The notes beneath the pieces were generated by a model. The model did no database searches, had not been told where the DNA came from, and saw only the letters and a list, made by a program, of their open reading frames with translations. Source: an uncultured candidate division Zixibacteria bacterium (GTDB lineage Bacteria > Zixibacteria > MSB-5A5 > UBA10806 > 4484-95). Taken from it: 64,000 nt of DNA. Both the position numbers and the translations under genes were made by a program. The DNA lies in contig CAXXKA010000001.1 in assembly GCA_963668625.2 (NCBI GenBank), positions 64,001 through 128,000 on the forward strand, in the 5' to 3' direction. Every line of letters starts with the position of its first letter. Within the stretch, counting starts at the first letter, position 1. Positions 38,370-48,139 of the stretch are shown here, piece after piece.

Positions 38370-40493
38370 ATGGTAGATGGCCGCGATATATCGGAAAATC
38401 ATGAGGCAGCGTTAAAATTTCTTTTCTCCAACGTGCAGTATCTCAAGGGAATAGGCCCCTCCAAAGCTCGTGTATTGTACGAGCATGAGATACAAACCGT
38501 GTTTGACCTGTTTTTCTACATTCCCAGAAAATATATCGACTCGAGCCAGGTTGCCAGAATCGGATTTATCAAGGAGGGGGAGACCGTGACCGTTATCGGG
38601 CAGGTGACATCGTATGGATTCATGTACGGCAGAAAGCGGAGATATATAGTCAATATCCGGGATGACAGCGGACATCTCGAGTTGGTCTGGTTCACGGGTT
38701 ATATATATCTCGATGGCCTGTTCCAGGAGGGGGATGTTCTTTCGGTCACGGGCAAGGTAGGTTTTTATGACGGTTTCCAGATTACGCACCCCGAGTTCGA
38801 GATCATATCGGGCAGCGATGACGAGCCGATTCATACCCTGAGGATAATCCCGGTATACCCTGAAACCGCAGTTTTGAAAAAAGCCAGGCTTCATTCTCGT
38901 GGTTTGCGCCGGGTGGTGAAATATGCGCTGGATAAGTTAGAGCATATTCAATGTGAAACGCTGCCGGGTTCGATTCGCAACGAGTTTGGCCTGATGGGGC
39001 TTCGGCAAGCGATAGCGCAGGTGCATTTCCCCGATTCCGAGGAAATGATAGATAAGGGTTACAGACGGCTGGCGTTCGAGGAGCTTTTCTATATGGAGCT
39101 GCTATTGGCCGCCCGTCATAATAACCGGACAAACCAGGAGCCGGGTATATCGCTTTCGCCGCCGACAAAACTTGGCCGCGATATGCTAAATAATCTTCAG
39201 TTCGAATTGACGAGCGGCCAGAAAACGACCTTGAAGCAGATATATCAGGATATGGAAAAGCCACACCCTATGAATCGTTTGTTACAAGGGGATGTCGGTT
39301 GTGGCAAGACAGTTGTAGCTCTGCTAACTATGCTAGGAGCTATCGAGGCGGGATATCAGGCGGCTATGATGGCGCCGACCGAGGTGTTGGCCGAACAACA
39401 CGGTTATACCATATCGAAAATGCTGCAGGGCATGGATATCAAAACAGTAGTGCTGACCGGTTCGGCGACTACGAAAAAACGCCGATTACTGCTCGAGGAG
39501 ATCGAGTCGGGTGACGCTGATATCGTCATCGGCACGCACACCCTCATACAGGATAGCGTCAAGTTCAGCAATCTCGGGGTGGTGATTATAGATGAGCAAC
39601 ATAAATTCGGCGTAGCCCAACGAGGAAAATTTCAACAAAAAGGCGCTTACCCGGATACGCTGGTGATGACAGCCACGCCGATTCCGCGCACCCTGGCAAT
39701 GACTGTTTACGGGGATTTGGATGTTTCGGTTATCAAGGATATGCCTCCGGGACGCACGCCGGTTAAAACCTCATTCGTGCCGGTTGAAAAGCGTGATGGA
39801 ATGTATGGTTTCATCAGTGATCAAATTCGCGCCGGTCGGCAGGTATATATAGTATATCCGCTGGTCGAGGAATCCGAAAAAATAGACCTTCGCGCAGCCA
39901 AGGAGAGCTACGAGCATTTCAGGGATGAGGTATTCCCGAAACATCGCCTGGCTCTTCTTCACGGCAAAATGAAAGGCGCCGACAAAAACGAGGTCATGCG
40001 AAAATTCAAACAGGGAAATGTTGATATCCTGGTTTCGACTACGGTTATCGAGGTGGGGGTGGATGTAGCCAATGCCAATATCATGGCCATCGAGAATGCC
40101 GAGCGTTTCGGCCTGTCTCAACTTCACCAGTTACGAGGGCGAATAGGCCGTGGCAAACATCAATCATACTGCTTTCTGTTGAGTGAGAACAGGCTATCGC
40201 GGGATGCCGAGGCCCGGATAAAGGCCTTATGTGCTACTAATGACGGTTTCAAAATCGCTGAGGTTGATATGTCTATCAGGGGACCGGGCGAGATAATGGG
40301 CACTCGTCAACATGGTATGCCGGAGTTGAAAATAGCCAAACTCACCGATGCGGAGCTGTTAACGCTTGCCAGGGACAGCGCTTTTAAGATAATATCCGAG
40401 GATGATAAATTGTTGAAACCGGAGAACAAATTGCTCAGGCAAGTGTTAATTAAAAAGTATAGCCAAAAAATAAAGTATTCGAGAATCGCATAG
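38370..40493 (+). CDS. recG: ATP-dependent DNA helicase RecG
   Basis: LKGIGP, wedge domain, RLLQGDVGCGKT, IDEQHKFG, MTATPIPRTL, STTVIEVGVD, QLHQLRGRIGRG. Confidence 0.97.
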   Translation: MVDGRDISENHEAALKFLFSNVQYLKGIGPSKARVLYEHEIQTVFDLFFYIPRKYIDSSQVARIGFIKEGETVTVIGQVTSYGFMYGRKRRYIVNIRDDSGHLELVWFTGYIYLDGLFQEGDVLSVTGKVGFYDGFQITHPEFEIISGSDDEPIHTLRIIPVYPETAVLKKARLHSRGLRRVVKYALDKLEHIQCETLPGSIRNEFGLMGLRQAIAQVHFPDSEEMIDKGYRRLAFEELFYMELLLAARHNNRTNQEPGISLSPPTKLGRDMLNNLQFELTSGQKTTLKQIYQDMEKPHPMNRLLQGDVGCGKTVVALLTMLGAIEAGYQAAMMAPTEVLAEQHGYTISKMLQGMDIKTVVLTGSATTKKRRLLLEEIESGDADIVIGTHTLIQDSVKFSNLGVVIIDEQHKFGVAQRGKFQQKGAYPDTLVMTATPIPRTLAMTVYGDLDVSVIKDMPPGRTPVKTSFVPVEKRDGMYGFISDQIRAGRQVYIVYPLVEESEKIDLRAAKESYEHFRDEVFPKHRLALLHGKMKGADKNEVMRKFKQGNVDILVSTTVIEVGVDVANANIMAIENAERFGLSQLHQLRGRIGRGKHQSYCFLLSENRLSRDAEARIKALCATNDGFKIAEVDMSIRGPGEIMGTRQHGMPELKIAKLTDAELLTLARDSAFKIISEDDKLLKPENKLLRQVLIKKYSQKIKYSRIA

Positions 40494-40505
40494 GGAGAGA
40501 TAGAT

Positions 40506-40685
40506 ATGAAAAAGAAAGTCGAAAAAGCAGCTATGCTGGCCGATGAGCTTGGCGGGCTGTTTAACGGGCTGGTCAAGGATGCCGAGGATCTGGATATCAA
40601 GCGGATGTTCAAGCAGCTTGAGGCGGATATGATGGATACCCGTCATAAATTGGCGCTGGCTCTGAAAATACTGGGCTCGAAATAA
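40506..40685 (+). CDS. Small helical hypothetical protein (59 aa, below the ORF-track cutoff)
   Basis: MKKKVEKAAMLADELGGLFNGLVKDAEDLDIKRMFKQLEADMMDTRHKLALALKILGSK; GGGAGAG RBS; fills the recG-DUF1844 gap exactly. Confidence 0.65.
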   Translation: MKKKVEKAAMLADELGGLFNGLVKDAEDLDIKRMFKQLEADMMDTRHKLALALKILGSK

Positions 40686-40697
40686 GGATCGTGTTTG

Positions 40698-41003
40698 ATG
40701 GCTGAGGGAAAACAAACTGACACGAATACCCTTCTGTTTACGCAGTTGGTGATGACTTTTCAGGCGGCGGCGCTTCAGAATATGGGGAAGATTCCGAACC
40801 ATTTGACCGGCCAGACCGAGATCAATATCGAAATGGCAAAAAACTCAATCGATATCCTGGGTATGCTGGAGGAAAAAACGAATGGTAATCTATCCGAGGA
40901 TGAATCGAAAATGCTCGCACAGAGTTTATCGCAATTGAGAATGTTATATGTGGAGCAGATAAACGAATCGGGATCCGGTGATAGCCAGGATAAAAACAAG
41001 TGA
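40698..41003 (+). CDS. DUF1844 family protein
   Basis: 'ALQNMGKIPN...AKNSIDILGMLEEKTNGNLSEDE...LRMLYV'. Confidence 0.85.
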   Translation: MAEGKQTDTNTLLFTQLVMTFQAAALQNMGKIPNHLTGQTEINIEMAKNSIDILGMLEEKTNGNLSEDESKMLAQSLSQLRMLYVEQINESGSGDSQDKNK

Positions 41004-41149
41004 AGATTACTATTTTTACGATCTTAAATTGGCCGCATGAATAAAGTCAGGTTTTAGCATTTTAATTGTCTTGTTATTATCATTTAATTGAACTAAATAT
41101 TAGCCTGAGAGTATACATAAAAAGGCTTGATTTTCGGAGGTATTGACTT

Positions 41150-42073
41150 ATTTTAGGTACTCAAAATGGGGCATCCGTTCTTTTACAAAATAAATTAGGC
41201 GATAGATTAAAAGAGTATGTCGATTTAGCGCCCTATACTACGTTTAAAGTCGGTGGTCCGGCCCGGTATTTTTTCGAGGCTAAAAAATCAGTAGATCTGG
41301 TTTACGCATATGACCTGGTAGTAAAAAATGATTTACGTCATTTCGTGCTTGGCGGCGGTTCCAATACACTGTTTTCCGATGACGGATTCGATGGGATCGT
41401 AATCAGGGACTGTTGTAATGAAATCGTAGTAAAAGGCAACCGAATCAGCGTGCATGGTGGCGCCTGGCTTGATGACGTGGTTGAAACGGCACTGGCTAAT
41501 TCATTGACTGGAATAGAGTTCGCTGCCGGTATACCGGGAAATGTAGGCGGAGCTATTTATGGAAATGCCGGGGCTTTCGGCTCGAATATTTCCGAGATTC
41601 TGGAGAACGCCATAATATACGCGCCAGGTGATGGGGTAAGGATAGTCAAAGCCGATTATTTCGATTTTAAATACCGTCACAGCAAACTTAAAGAGCAATT
41701 CGAGTTGATTTTATCGGCATCGTTCAAACTTAGCTCTGGAAAAAGCGGAGATATCGCCGATAAGATTAAAGAATATCGTGAAATACGCCGAAGGAAGCAT
41801 CCCGATTACAGCCAGGATGGTTGCGCGGGTTCGGTGTTTAAAAATATTAAAGAGCCGGAATTGATACCGGCCGGAAAACTGTTAGAGGAGTCCGGGGTTA
41901 GAGGAATGAAAGTTGGCGGGGCGGAGGTTTATCCCAAACACTGCAATATTATAGTTAACTCGGATAAAGCCACGGCCGCTAATGTTATCGAATTATCATC
42001 AATAATGAGGCAAAAAGTGATTGATAAGTTTAATATAGAACTCGAATACGAAATGTTGATAATTGATCCTTAA
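41150..42073 (+). CDS. murB: UDP-N-acetylenolpyruvoylglucosamine reductase; start codon uncertain
   Basis: The open frame upstream of the ORF-track start encodes the conserved 'LAPYTTFKVGGPARYF'; then LGGGSNTL, GIPGNVGGAIYGNAGAFG, FKYRHS, AGSVFKN, KHCNIIVN. Confidence 0.9.
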   Translation: MLGTQNGASVLLQNKLGDRLKEYVDLAPYTTFKVGGPARYFFEAKKSVDLVYAYDLVVKNDLRHFVLGGGSNTLFSDDGFDGIVIRDCCNEIVVKGNRISVHGGAWLDDVVETALANSLTGIEFAAGIPGNVGGAIYGNAGAFGSNISEILENAIIYAPGDGVRIVKADYFDFKYRHSKLKEQFELILSASFKLSSGKSGDIADKIKEYREIRRRKHPDYSQDGCAGSVFKNIKEPELIPAGKLLEESGVRGMKVGGAEVYPKHCNIIVNSDKATAANVIELSSIMRQKVIDKFNIELEYEMLIIDP

Positions 42074-42127
42074 CCGAGGAGGCCTATCGGAAATTCGATA
42101 ACGTAAAATTAATGTACTATTGGAGTA

Positions 42128-45100
42128 TTGTTGGATATTTTAGTAGTCAAAAGAAATTTCCCGGCTGTTGTTTTAGTGCTTTTATGCGGCCTGTTGAGTT
42201 TTAACTCGGCTTTCGCGGCAGTCGGAGAAATTGGCGCCACACTGGATTATAATTCAAAGTTTGCCCCGTCTCTGAGGTTGCCGGAAATCCCCGGTGGTCT
42301 GTCCATGGATCGGGAGTATTCTCCATTACTGGAATTAAACTATATACAAAGAGCCTGGCTGATAGAAGCGCCGGCGAATTCCGGTTACGTGTATTTTACT
42401 CTGTTTGCCGGGCCATATCAGCTTTATAATACGATCCCAATCAGTCGCGATAAATACACCAGGTATATTTCGGATAAATACTTCTGGGAAATCTGGCTGG
42501 ACGACATGGCCAATTTTACCGGTACCAAAGGCAAAGGCGAGCAATCCGAGGGATTCGTAATCAATCCGAATTTCAGACTCCCCAAGCAGGTAGAGTCGAT
42601 TATCGGTGAGGGCGGGCCGCGCATCAATGTCAGCGGTTCGAGACGAATTTCGTTCTCCGGTCGTTCGCAGTGGGATGACCTTCCCGAAACAGCCAACTAT
42701 AAACAGTCGAAATTCCCATCGCTTCACATGGAGCAAACCTCGCGGTTTAAAATCAAGGGCCAAATCGGCTCGAAAATCACTGTCGAGGTCGATCAGGATT
42801 CCAATCGTGATGTAGAGATAGCCAACACCTTGAAACTTCGCTATAAAGGCGAAGAGGATGAGATCATTCAATCTATCGAGGCGGGCAACACGAACCTGTC
42901 GTTGCCTAACTCGCAATTCATAGGTTTCTCGGAGAACGTGCAGGGTTTGTTCGGTATCAAGGCTACGGCTAAAATCGGTAATATCGATCTGACCGTAATC
43001 ACCTCGCAGGAGAAAGGCTCCAACGAGAAATCCACGTTTAACGCCGGCGCTCAGGCCTCGGCCGATACTATCTGGGATTACCAGTATCTTCATAATGTCT
43101 ATTTCTACCTGAGCGATCAATTCATGCCCGGTGACAGCCTCATCGATGTCAAGCTGTATACGAATGATTCCGAGCAGAATAAATACGGTTTGGCTTGCGT
43201 GTATCCGGTCAACGCCAATGGCGATGTCGGTGGGGTAGATTCTATTTTCAATGTATCGCCGGATGAGGAAACGCGAGATGAGGTGGAGCAGAGTTATTTT
43301 AAGTTGATGGAGCAGGGTGCGGATTACTACCTGTATAAAACCGGTAAGTACATAATCCTAAACCATCAGTTATCCGACGGCAACGTACTGGCTGCGTATA
43401 TCAAGTATATTCGGGACGGTCAGACTTTAGAGATCGGTAATATCACCTCCGATACGCTGGTATTGAAACTCATTCGCGACCGTACTCCCGATACCTCTTT
43501 TACCACCTGGGATTTGGAGTGGAAGAACGTATACGATTTACAGGCCAGGAATATCGCAGCCGAGGGATTCGTGCTGGATATATATAAAGGCCTGGGGGAT
43601 ATAACAACCGATACGATATCGCAGGACAGCAAACCATTCATAGAATTATTCGGTTTCGACCAGTATAATAACAACGATGCCTCGAACACCATCCCGGATG
43701 GTTTATTCGATTTCAATACCACAATCCCACATATAGATCCCGCGCTCGGCCATTTGATATTTCCCCAGCAAAAACCGTTTATATCCGAATTCCTGGATAC
43801 TCCGAACCCTGCGGTTTACGATTATAAATACACCAACACCAGCAGGGCGGATTCCAAGATGTATTACATGCATGTTCAGACCGCTACCAGGGCAAGTACG
43901 TTTACGCTGGGCAGGACGAATATTATCGAGGGCTCCGAGGTGGTTAAACTGGGTGACGGCACGGTGTTGAAAAAAGGCGTGGATTATAATATCGTTTACG
44001 AGATTGGTTCGATAACTTTTATCAACCAGGATGCTCTATCGGCTGCTTCCGATATAACAGTCGATTTCGAATACGCACCGTTTTTCATGCCCGAGAAGAA
44101 ATCATTGTTCGGCCTGGCGGCTGAATACAGGATTAACGAAAACTCCGCATTTACCATATCAGGTATGTACCGTAAAGAATCGACCAAGGAATTCCGTCCC
44201 CGTGTGGGGCATGAACCGAAACGCTGGTTTATCTGGGATTCGAACTTGCTGCTTCATTTCAAACCCGAATTCATTACCGACCTGGTGGATGCGTTGCCCC
44301 TGGTGGAAACGGATGCCGTCTCCACGCTGGAATTCTCCGGCGAGATTGCCCAGAACGTGCCGAATCCGAATACTCGTAACGAGGCTTATATCGATGATTT
44401 CGAAGGCTCTCGTCAGGCGACCGACCTGGTTATGCGAAGAGGTGTCTGGACAGAATCCTCGGCGCCGGTGGGCACGAACAGCCGAGAAGTTCACAACAAA
44501 CGTGATCTCTGGTGGTACAATCCATACGATCCCATATCGATACGGGAGATCTGGCCCGAGAAGGATGTTCAATCGCACGAGGATCGCCAGGATGTCTTAT
44601 TCCTGGAATATTATCCCGATAGCACGATCAATCCCGATACGCAGGGGTGGGCCGGTTTGATGAGGTCTTTGTATTCCGGCCTTGCCGATCAATCGAAAAC
44701 CAAGTTCATCGAGATTTGGTATTTGCCGGATACAACCGCTCTTTCTCATCCGGTACTTTATATCGATGCCGGTAATATCTCCGAGGATATTGATGATGAT
44801 GGTTTTAGAGATACCGAGGATAGGAACGGCAACGGTGTTTTCGAGGAAAACGAGGATACCGGACTGGACACGCTATACAGCGAGGATGAGATCGTGGAAA
44901 ATCCCGTTTCGCCCGATGATCCAGCCGGGGATGATTGGGATTACAGCAACAGTTATGAGTATTCCCATATCAATGGCACGGAGGGAAACCGTCAGGACCC
45001 GGACAGGCTTAACCGTATCGACACCGAGGATATCAACGGTAACGGCGCGCTCGATTTATCGAATTCGTATTATGAATACACTATCGATTTAAACTATGAG

Positions 45101-48100
45101 GAGTATGTCGAGGAGACAACAACCTCCGGCTGGAAATTACTGAGGATACCTTTCCAGGATTCCTCCGTTTACTCGACTGTCGGTAATCCCGATAATAGTA
45201 GTATTAATTTCGTAAGGATGTGGATCAGTGGCGTTAGCGATCACTATCTGTTGAAACTGGCAACCATGGATTTCGTCGGGAATAAATGGCAGGAGCTATC
45301 CACGCCGGACCCGGTATACATGCACGGCATCCCGGTTTCGCCGACTTTCGAGGTTTCGGTGATTAACAGTCAGGAGAACGCCGCTTCATACGAATCACCG
45401 CCGGGAGTCGCCGGTGAGTACGATCAGGAAACGGGTATTCAGGAAAAAGAACAATCACTGGTACTGCAATATGATGGTTTATATCCCGGGCAAAGGCTGG
45501 GCGCCTACTGGACTCTTCTGACTACAGAGGATTACACGCTTTATAATCAACTTAAGATGTTTGTCCATGGGGATGAAAACCTTCCCGAGGATTTACCGGT
45601 TAACTTTTTCTTCAGGCTGGGCACGGACTCTGTCACCAGTTTCTATGAGTATCGTACCAGGCTATACCCCGGCTGGGATGAGAGAAATTATGTTGATATC
45701 AACTTCACCGATATAACCGGACTGAAAGCGATCTGGCAGGCGGAAGCGGAAAACGAAACCCTGAGTGTTGGGTTAACCGATATTAGCTACGGCAAGTACA
45801 GGGTTAAAGGCAATCCATCACTTTCCACCATTAAGATGTTCGTCATCGGGATAGAATACGATTCTTTGTTATTGGATACTACCTATGTCGGCGTCGATTC
45901 GGTTATCAGTATCGATACCACCCGTGTTTCGCCGGTGCCTATTGACGGCCAGGTGTGGGTAGATGAGCTGCTATTAACGGGGGTTCGCAAGAAATCAGAT
46001 TTTGCCGGCAGGTTCCAGGCTAAAGTAAGCCTGGCTGATCTTGGTAACGTAACGATTAATTACTCGCGTACGGGAACGGATTTTTACAAGCTGAACGAAA
46101 AGAAACCACCGGGCAAGCTGACTACCTCGCGGTCGATATCAGGCAGTATCAACGTGGACAAGTTTTTCCCTCCCTCATGGGGCCTAAGCCTGCCGGTAAA
46201 TGCCAGTTGGCAAAAATCTCTGGATTTGCCCAGGTTGAAAACCGGCTCGGATGTCGTATTGCCGGAAGATCTTAAAGATGACGAGAAAACGGAGAATAAA
46301 AGCTGGCAGATTTCGGTAACCGAGAGGTTCAGCAAGAATACCAAAAATTGGCTGTTCAATTGGACATTGAACAGAATCCAGTCGCGTTATGTCTATTCGC
46401 GCAGGGATGGTATCAACCCGACACAGCCGGTCAGTAATATGACCTCGTTCGAGCTTTCCAGCTCGTATGATTTATCGCCCAAGAGCAAACCCGCGATAAA
46501 ACCGTTCAAGTGGACAAAAGCTTTATTCTTACCGAAAACCATATACGATATCGAGATGTTTTACCTTCCGACCACTATCAAATACGACATGCTGGTTAAA
46601 GGTACCAAATCGTACACCGAAAGGAAAAATGTAGCTCCGACCTCTACCTATACCAAAAATTTCACCGGTAAACAAAGCTATGCTATTGGCTTGTTCAACG
46701 CTTTAAGGGCGGATTTCAATACCCAGACAGATAGAGATATAAGTGATCCTGATCTGGTAAACCTCTCTTTCAATCCGGCTGATATAAGGCTCGGCCGTGA
46801 GAAAACTTATTCGCAAAGTTTAAACTCATCATTCTCACCTAAAATTACCAGGGCCCTGGCGCCGCGTTTCACGTATTCGGCTAAATATTCGGATAATTCC
46901 GATCTCGCGCGCAATCCCGATTCCACCAGATCATCCAGCGCTAATTCGAGTATCCGCGGAGATTTGACCCTCGATGTGTTTGAAATTACGGGTATCAAAA
47001 AACTGCTCGGCGCCGGAGAGCAGAAGAATAAATTCGTCAAACCACCCGGTAAACCTAGAGATGAGGAGAGAGAGAAAGAGGAGCCCGAGGAGAAAGGCGA
47101 GGGTTCTATCGATGGCGGCGATAATGTAGACGAAAGCAAGGATAAAGCCGATGACGACGAGCCGAAAAAGAAGATTAAAATACCCAATCCGCTGATTGGA
47201 GTTAAAAAAGTATTTTCCATCCTTAACACGGTCAAGCCGTTAAAAACTACCGTCTCCGTGGATAAGAGAATGGATAGGGCCGGTCTATACACACGACCCG
47301 GCTGGTATTACACGCTGGGGTTCACGGATGATCCTGATGTTTTACGAAAGGATGAAACCACTTATACACGCGACCAGATAACCAGGACAATGGATTACTC
47401 GCTGCAATCGGGAATTACGCCGTTAAGGAATCTCGATATTTCATCATCATATAAATTCCGTGAATCGATATCGAGAAGTAGTAACTCGACCGAGCCCACC
47501 GGGACTAATTCCGTGGAATTCCCCAGGATCGATGCTAATATCTCGGGATTGCATAGCTTACCGATATTCAATAAGCTCACGAGCTCGATGACATTGCAAT
47601 CGAATTTCACGAAAAAAATCGATGAATCCGGTAATCCCGATACGGATGTCGTGAACAGCCGAACCGATAATCAATCGTTCTCGCCGGTGGCCGGATTGAA
47701 TATCGTGCTGGTCAATGACGTTAAACTCACTTTCAGGTACGATTGGACGAAGAAGAAGACCGAGGACCTTAGGCCTGAAGGTAGTAATAGAACCGATTAT
47801 GATAATAGTAGAACTTTTAAAGTATCACTAAGCTATTCGTTCACTGCTCCCAAAGGAGTTAACCTTCCGCTATTTGGTAGATTCAAATTCACCAGCCAAC
47901 TCACTATGTCGCTGGATGTCAACAAACGCTTTTCGAAATCGTGGTTCGTTAATAGCGAGAACGAAAAAACTACGGATGCCGAAAGCGAGGAGATATCTAT
48001 CGAACCTCGTATGACCTACCGGTTCTCGGCGAAAGTAACCGGCGGTATTAACGCCAAGTGGAGTGACGCTGATGATAAAATTCAGGATCGCAAACGTCAT

Positions 48101-48139
48101 GTTAGGGAGCTAGGCATATGGACGGAATTAAGATTCTAA
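42128..48139 (+). CDS. sprA: Type IX secretion outer-membrane translocon SprA/Sov
   Basis: 2003 aa with signal peptide, 'KLRYKGEEDEIIQSIEAGN.NLSLP', 'GLFGIK', 'WDLEWKNVY', 'AYIDDFEG', 'ISED', 'KEQSL', amphipathic beta-strands and terminal Phe. Confidence 0.88.
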   Translation: MLDILVVKRNFPAVVLVLLCGLLSFNSAFAAVGEIGATLDYNSKFAPSLRLPEIPGGLSMDREYSPLLELNYIQRAWLIEAPANSGYVYFTLFAGPYQLYNTIPISRDKYTRYISDKYFWEIWLDDMANFTGTKGKGEQSEGFVINPNFRLPKQVESIIGEGGPRINVSGSRRISFSGRSQWDDLPETANYKQSKFPSLHMEQTSRFKIKGQIGSKITVEVDQDSNRDVEIANTLKLRYKGEEDEIIQSIEAGNTNLSLPNSQFIGFSENVQGLFGIKATAKIGNIDLTVITSQEKGSNEKSTFNAGAQASADTIWDYQYLHNVYFYLSDQFMPGDSLIDVKLYTNDSEQNKYGLACVYPVNANGDVGGVDSIFNVSPDEETRDEVEQSYFKLMEQGADYYLYKTGKYIILNHQLSDGNVLAAYIKYIRDGQTLEIGNITSDTLVLKLIRDRTPDTSFTTWDLEWKNVYDLQARNIAAEGFVLDIYKGLGDITTDTISQDSKPFIELFGFDQYNNNDASNTIPDGLFDFNTTIPHIDPALGHLIFPQQKPFISEFLDTPNPAVYDYKYTNTSRADSKMYYMHVQTATRASTFTLGRTNIIEGSEVVKLGDGTVLKKGVDYNIVYEIGSITFINQDALSAASDITVDFEYAPFFMPEKKSLFGLAAEYRINENSAFTISGMYRKESTKEFRPRVGHEPKRWFIWDSNLLLHFKPEFITDLVDALPLVETDAVSTLEFSGEIAQNVPNPNTRNEAYIDDFEGSRQATDLVMRRGVWTESSAPVGTNSREVHNKRDLWWYNPYDPISIREIWPEKDVQSHEDRQDVLFLEYYPDSTINPDTQGWAGLMRSLYSGLADQSKTKFIEIWYLPDTTALSHPVLYIDAGNISEDIDDDGFRDTEDRNGNGVFEENEDTGLDTLYSEDEIVENPVSPDDPAGDDWDYSNSYEYSHINGTEGNRQDPDRLNRIDTEDINGNGALDLSNSYYEYTIDLNYEEYVEETTTSGWKLLRIPFQDSSVYSTVGNPDNSSINFVRMWISGVSDHYLLKLATMDFVGNKWQELSTPDPVYMHGIPVSPTFEVSVINSQENAASYESPPGVAGEYDQETGIQEKEQSLVLQYDGLYPGQRLGAYWTLLTTEDYTLYNQLKMFVHGDENLPEDLPVNFFFRLGTDSVTSFYEYRTRLYPGWDERNYVDINFTDITGLKAIWQAEAENETLSVGLTDISYGKYRVKGNPSLSTIKMFVIGIEYDSLLLDTTYVGVDSVISIDTTRVSPVPIDGQVWVDELLLTGVRKKSDFAGRFQAKVSLADLGNVTINYSRTGTDFYKLNEKKPPGKLTTSRSISGSINVDKFFPPSWGLSLPVNASWQKSLDLPRLKTGSDVVLPEDLKDDEKTENKSWQISVTERFSKNTKNWLFNWTLNRIQSRYVYSRRDGINPTQPVSNMTSFELSSSYDLSPKSKPAIKPFKWTKALFLPKTIYDIEMFYLPTTIKYDMLVKGTKSYTERKNVAPTSTYTKNFTGKQSYAIGLFNALRADFNTQTDRDISDPDLVNLSFNPADIRLGREKTYSQSLNSSFSPKITRALAPRFTYSAKYSDNSDLARNPDSTRSSSANSSIRGDLTLDVFEITGIKKLLGAGEQKNKFVKPPGKPRDEEREKEEPEEKGEGSIDGGDNVDESKDKADDDEPKKKIKIPNPLIGVKKVFSILNTVKPLKTTVSVDKRMDRAGLYTRPGWYYTLGFTDDPDVLRKDETTYTRDQITRTMDYSLQSGITPLRNLDISSSYKFRESISRSSNSTEPTGTNSVEFPRIDANISGLHSLPIFNKLTSSMTLQSNFTKKIDESGNPDTDVVNSRTDNQSFSPVAGLNIVLVNDVKLTFRYDWTKKKTEDLRPEGSNRTDYDNSRTFKVSLSYSFTAPKGVNLPLFGRFKFTSQLTMSLDVNKRFSKSWFVNSENEKTTDAESEEISIEPRMTYRFSAKVTGGINAKWSDADDKIQDRKRHVRELGIWTELRF

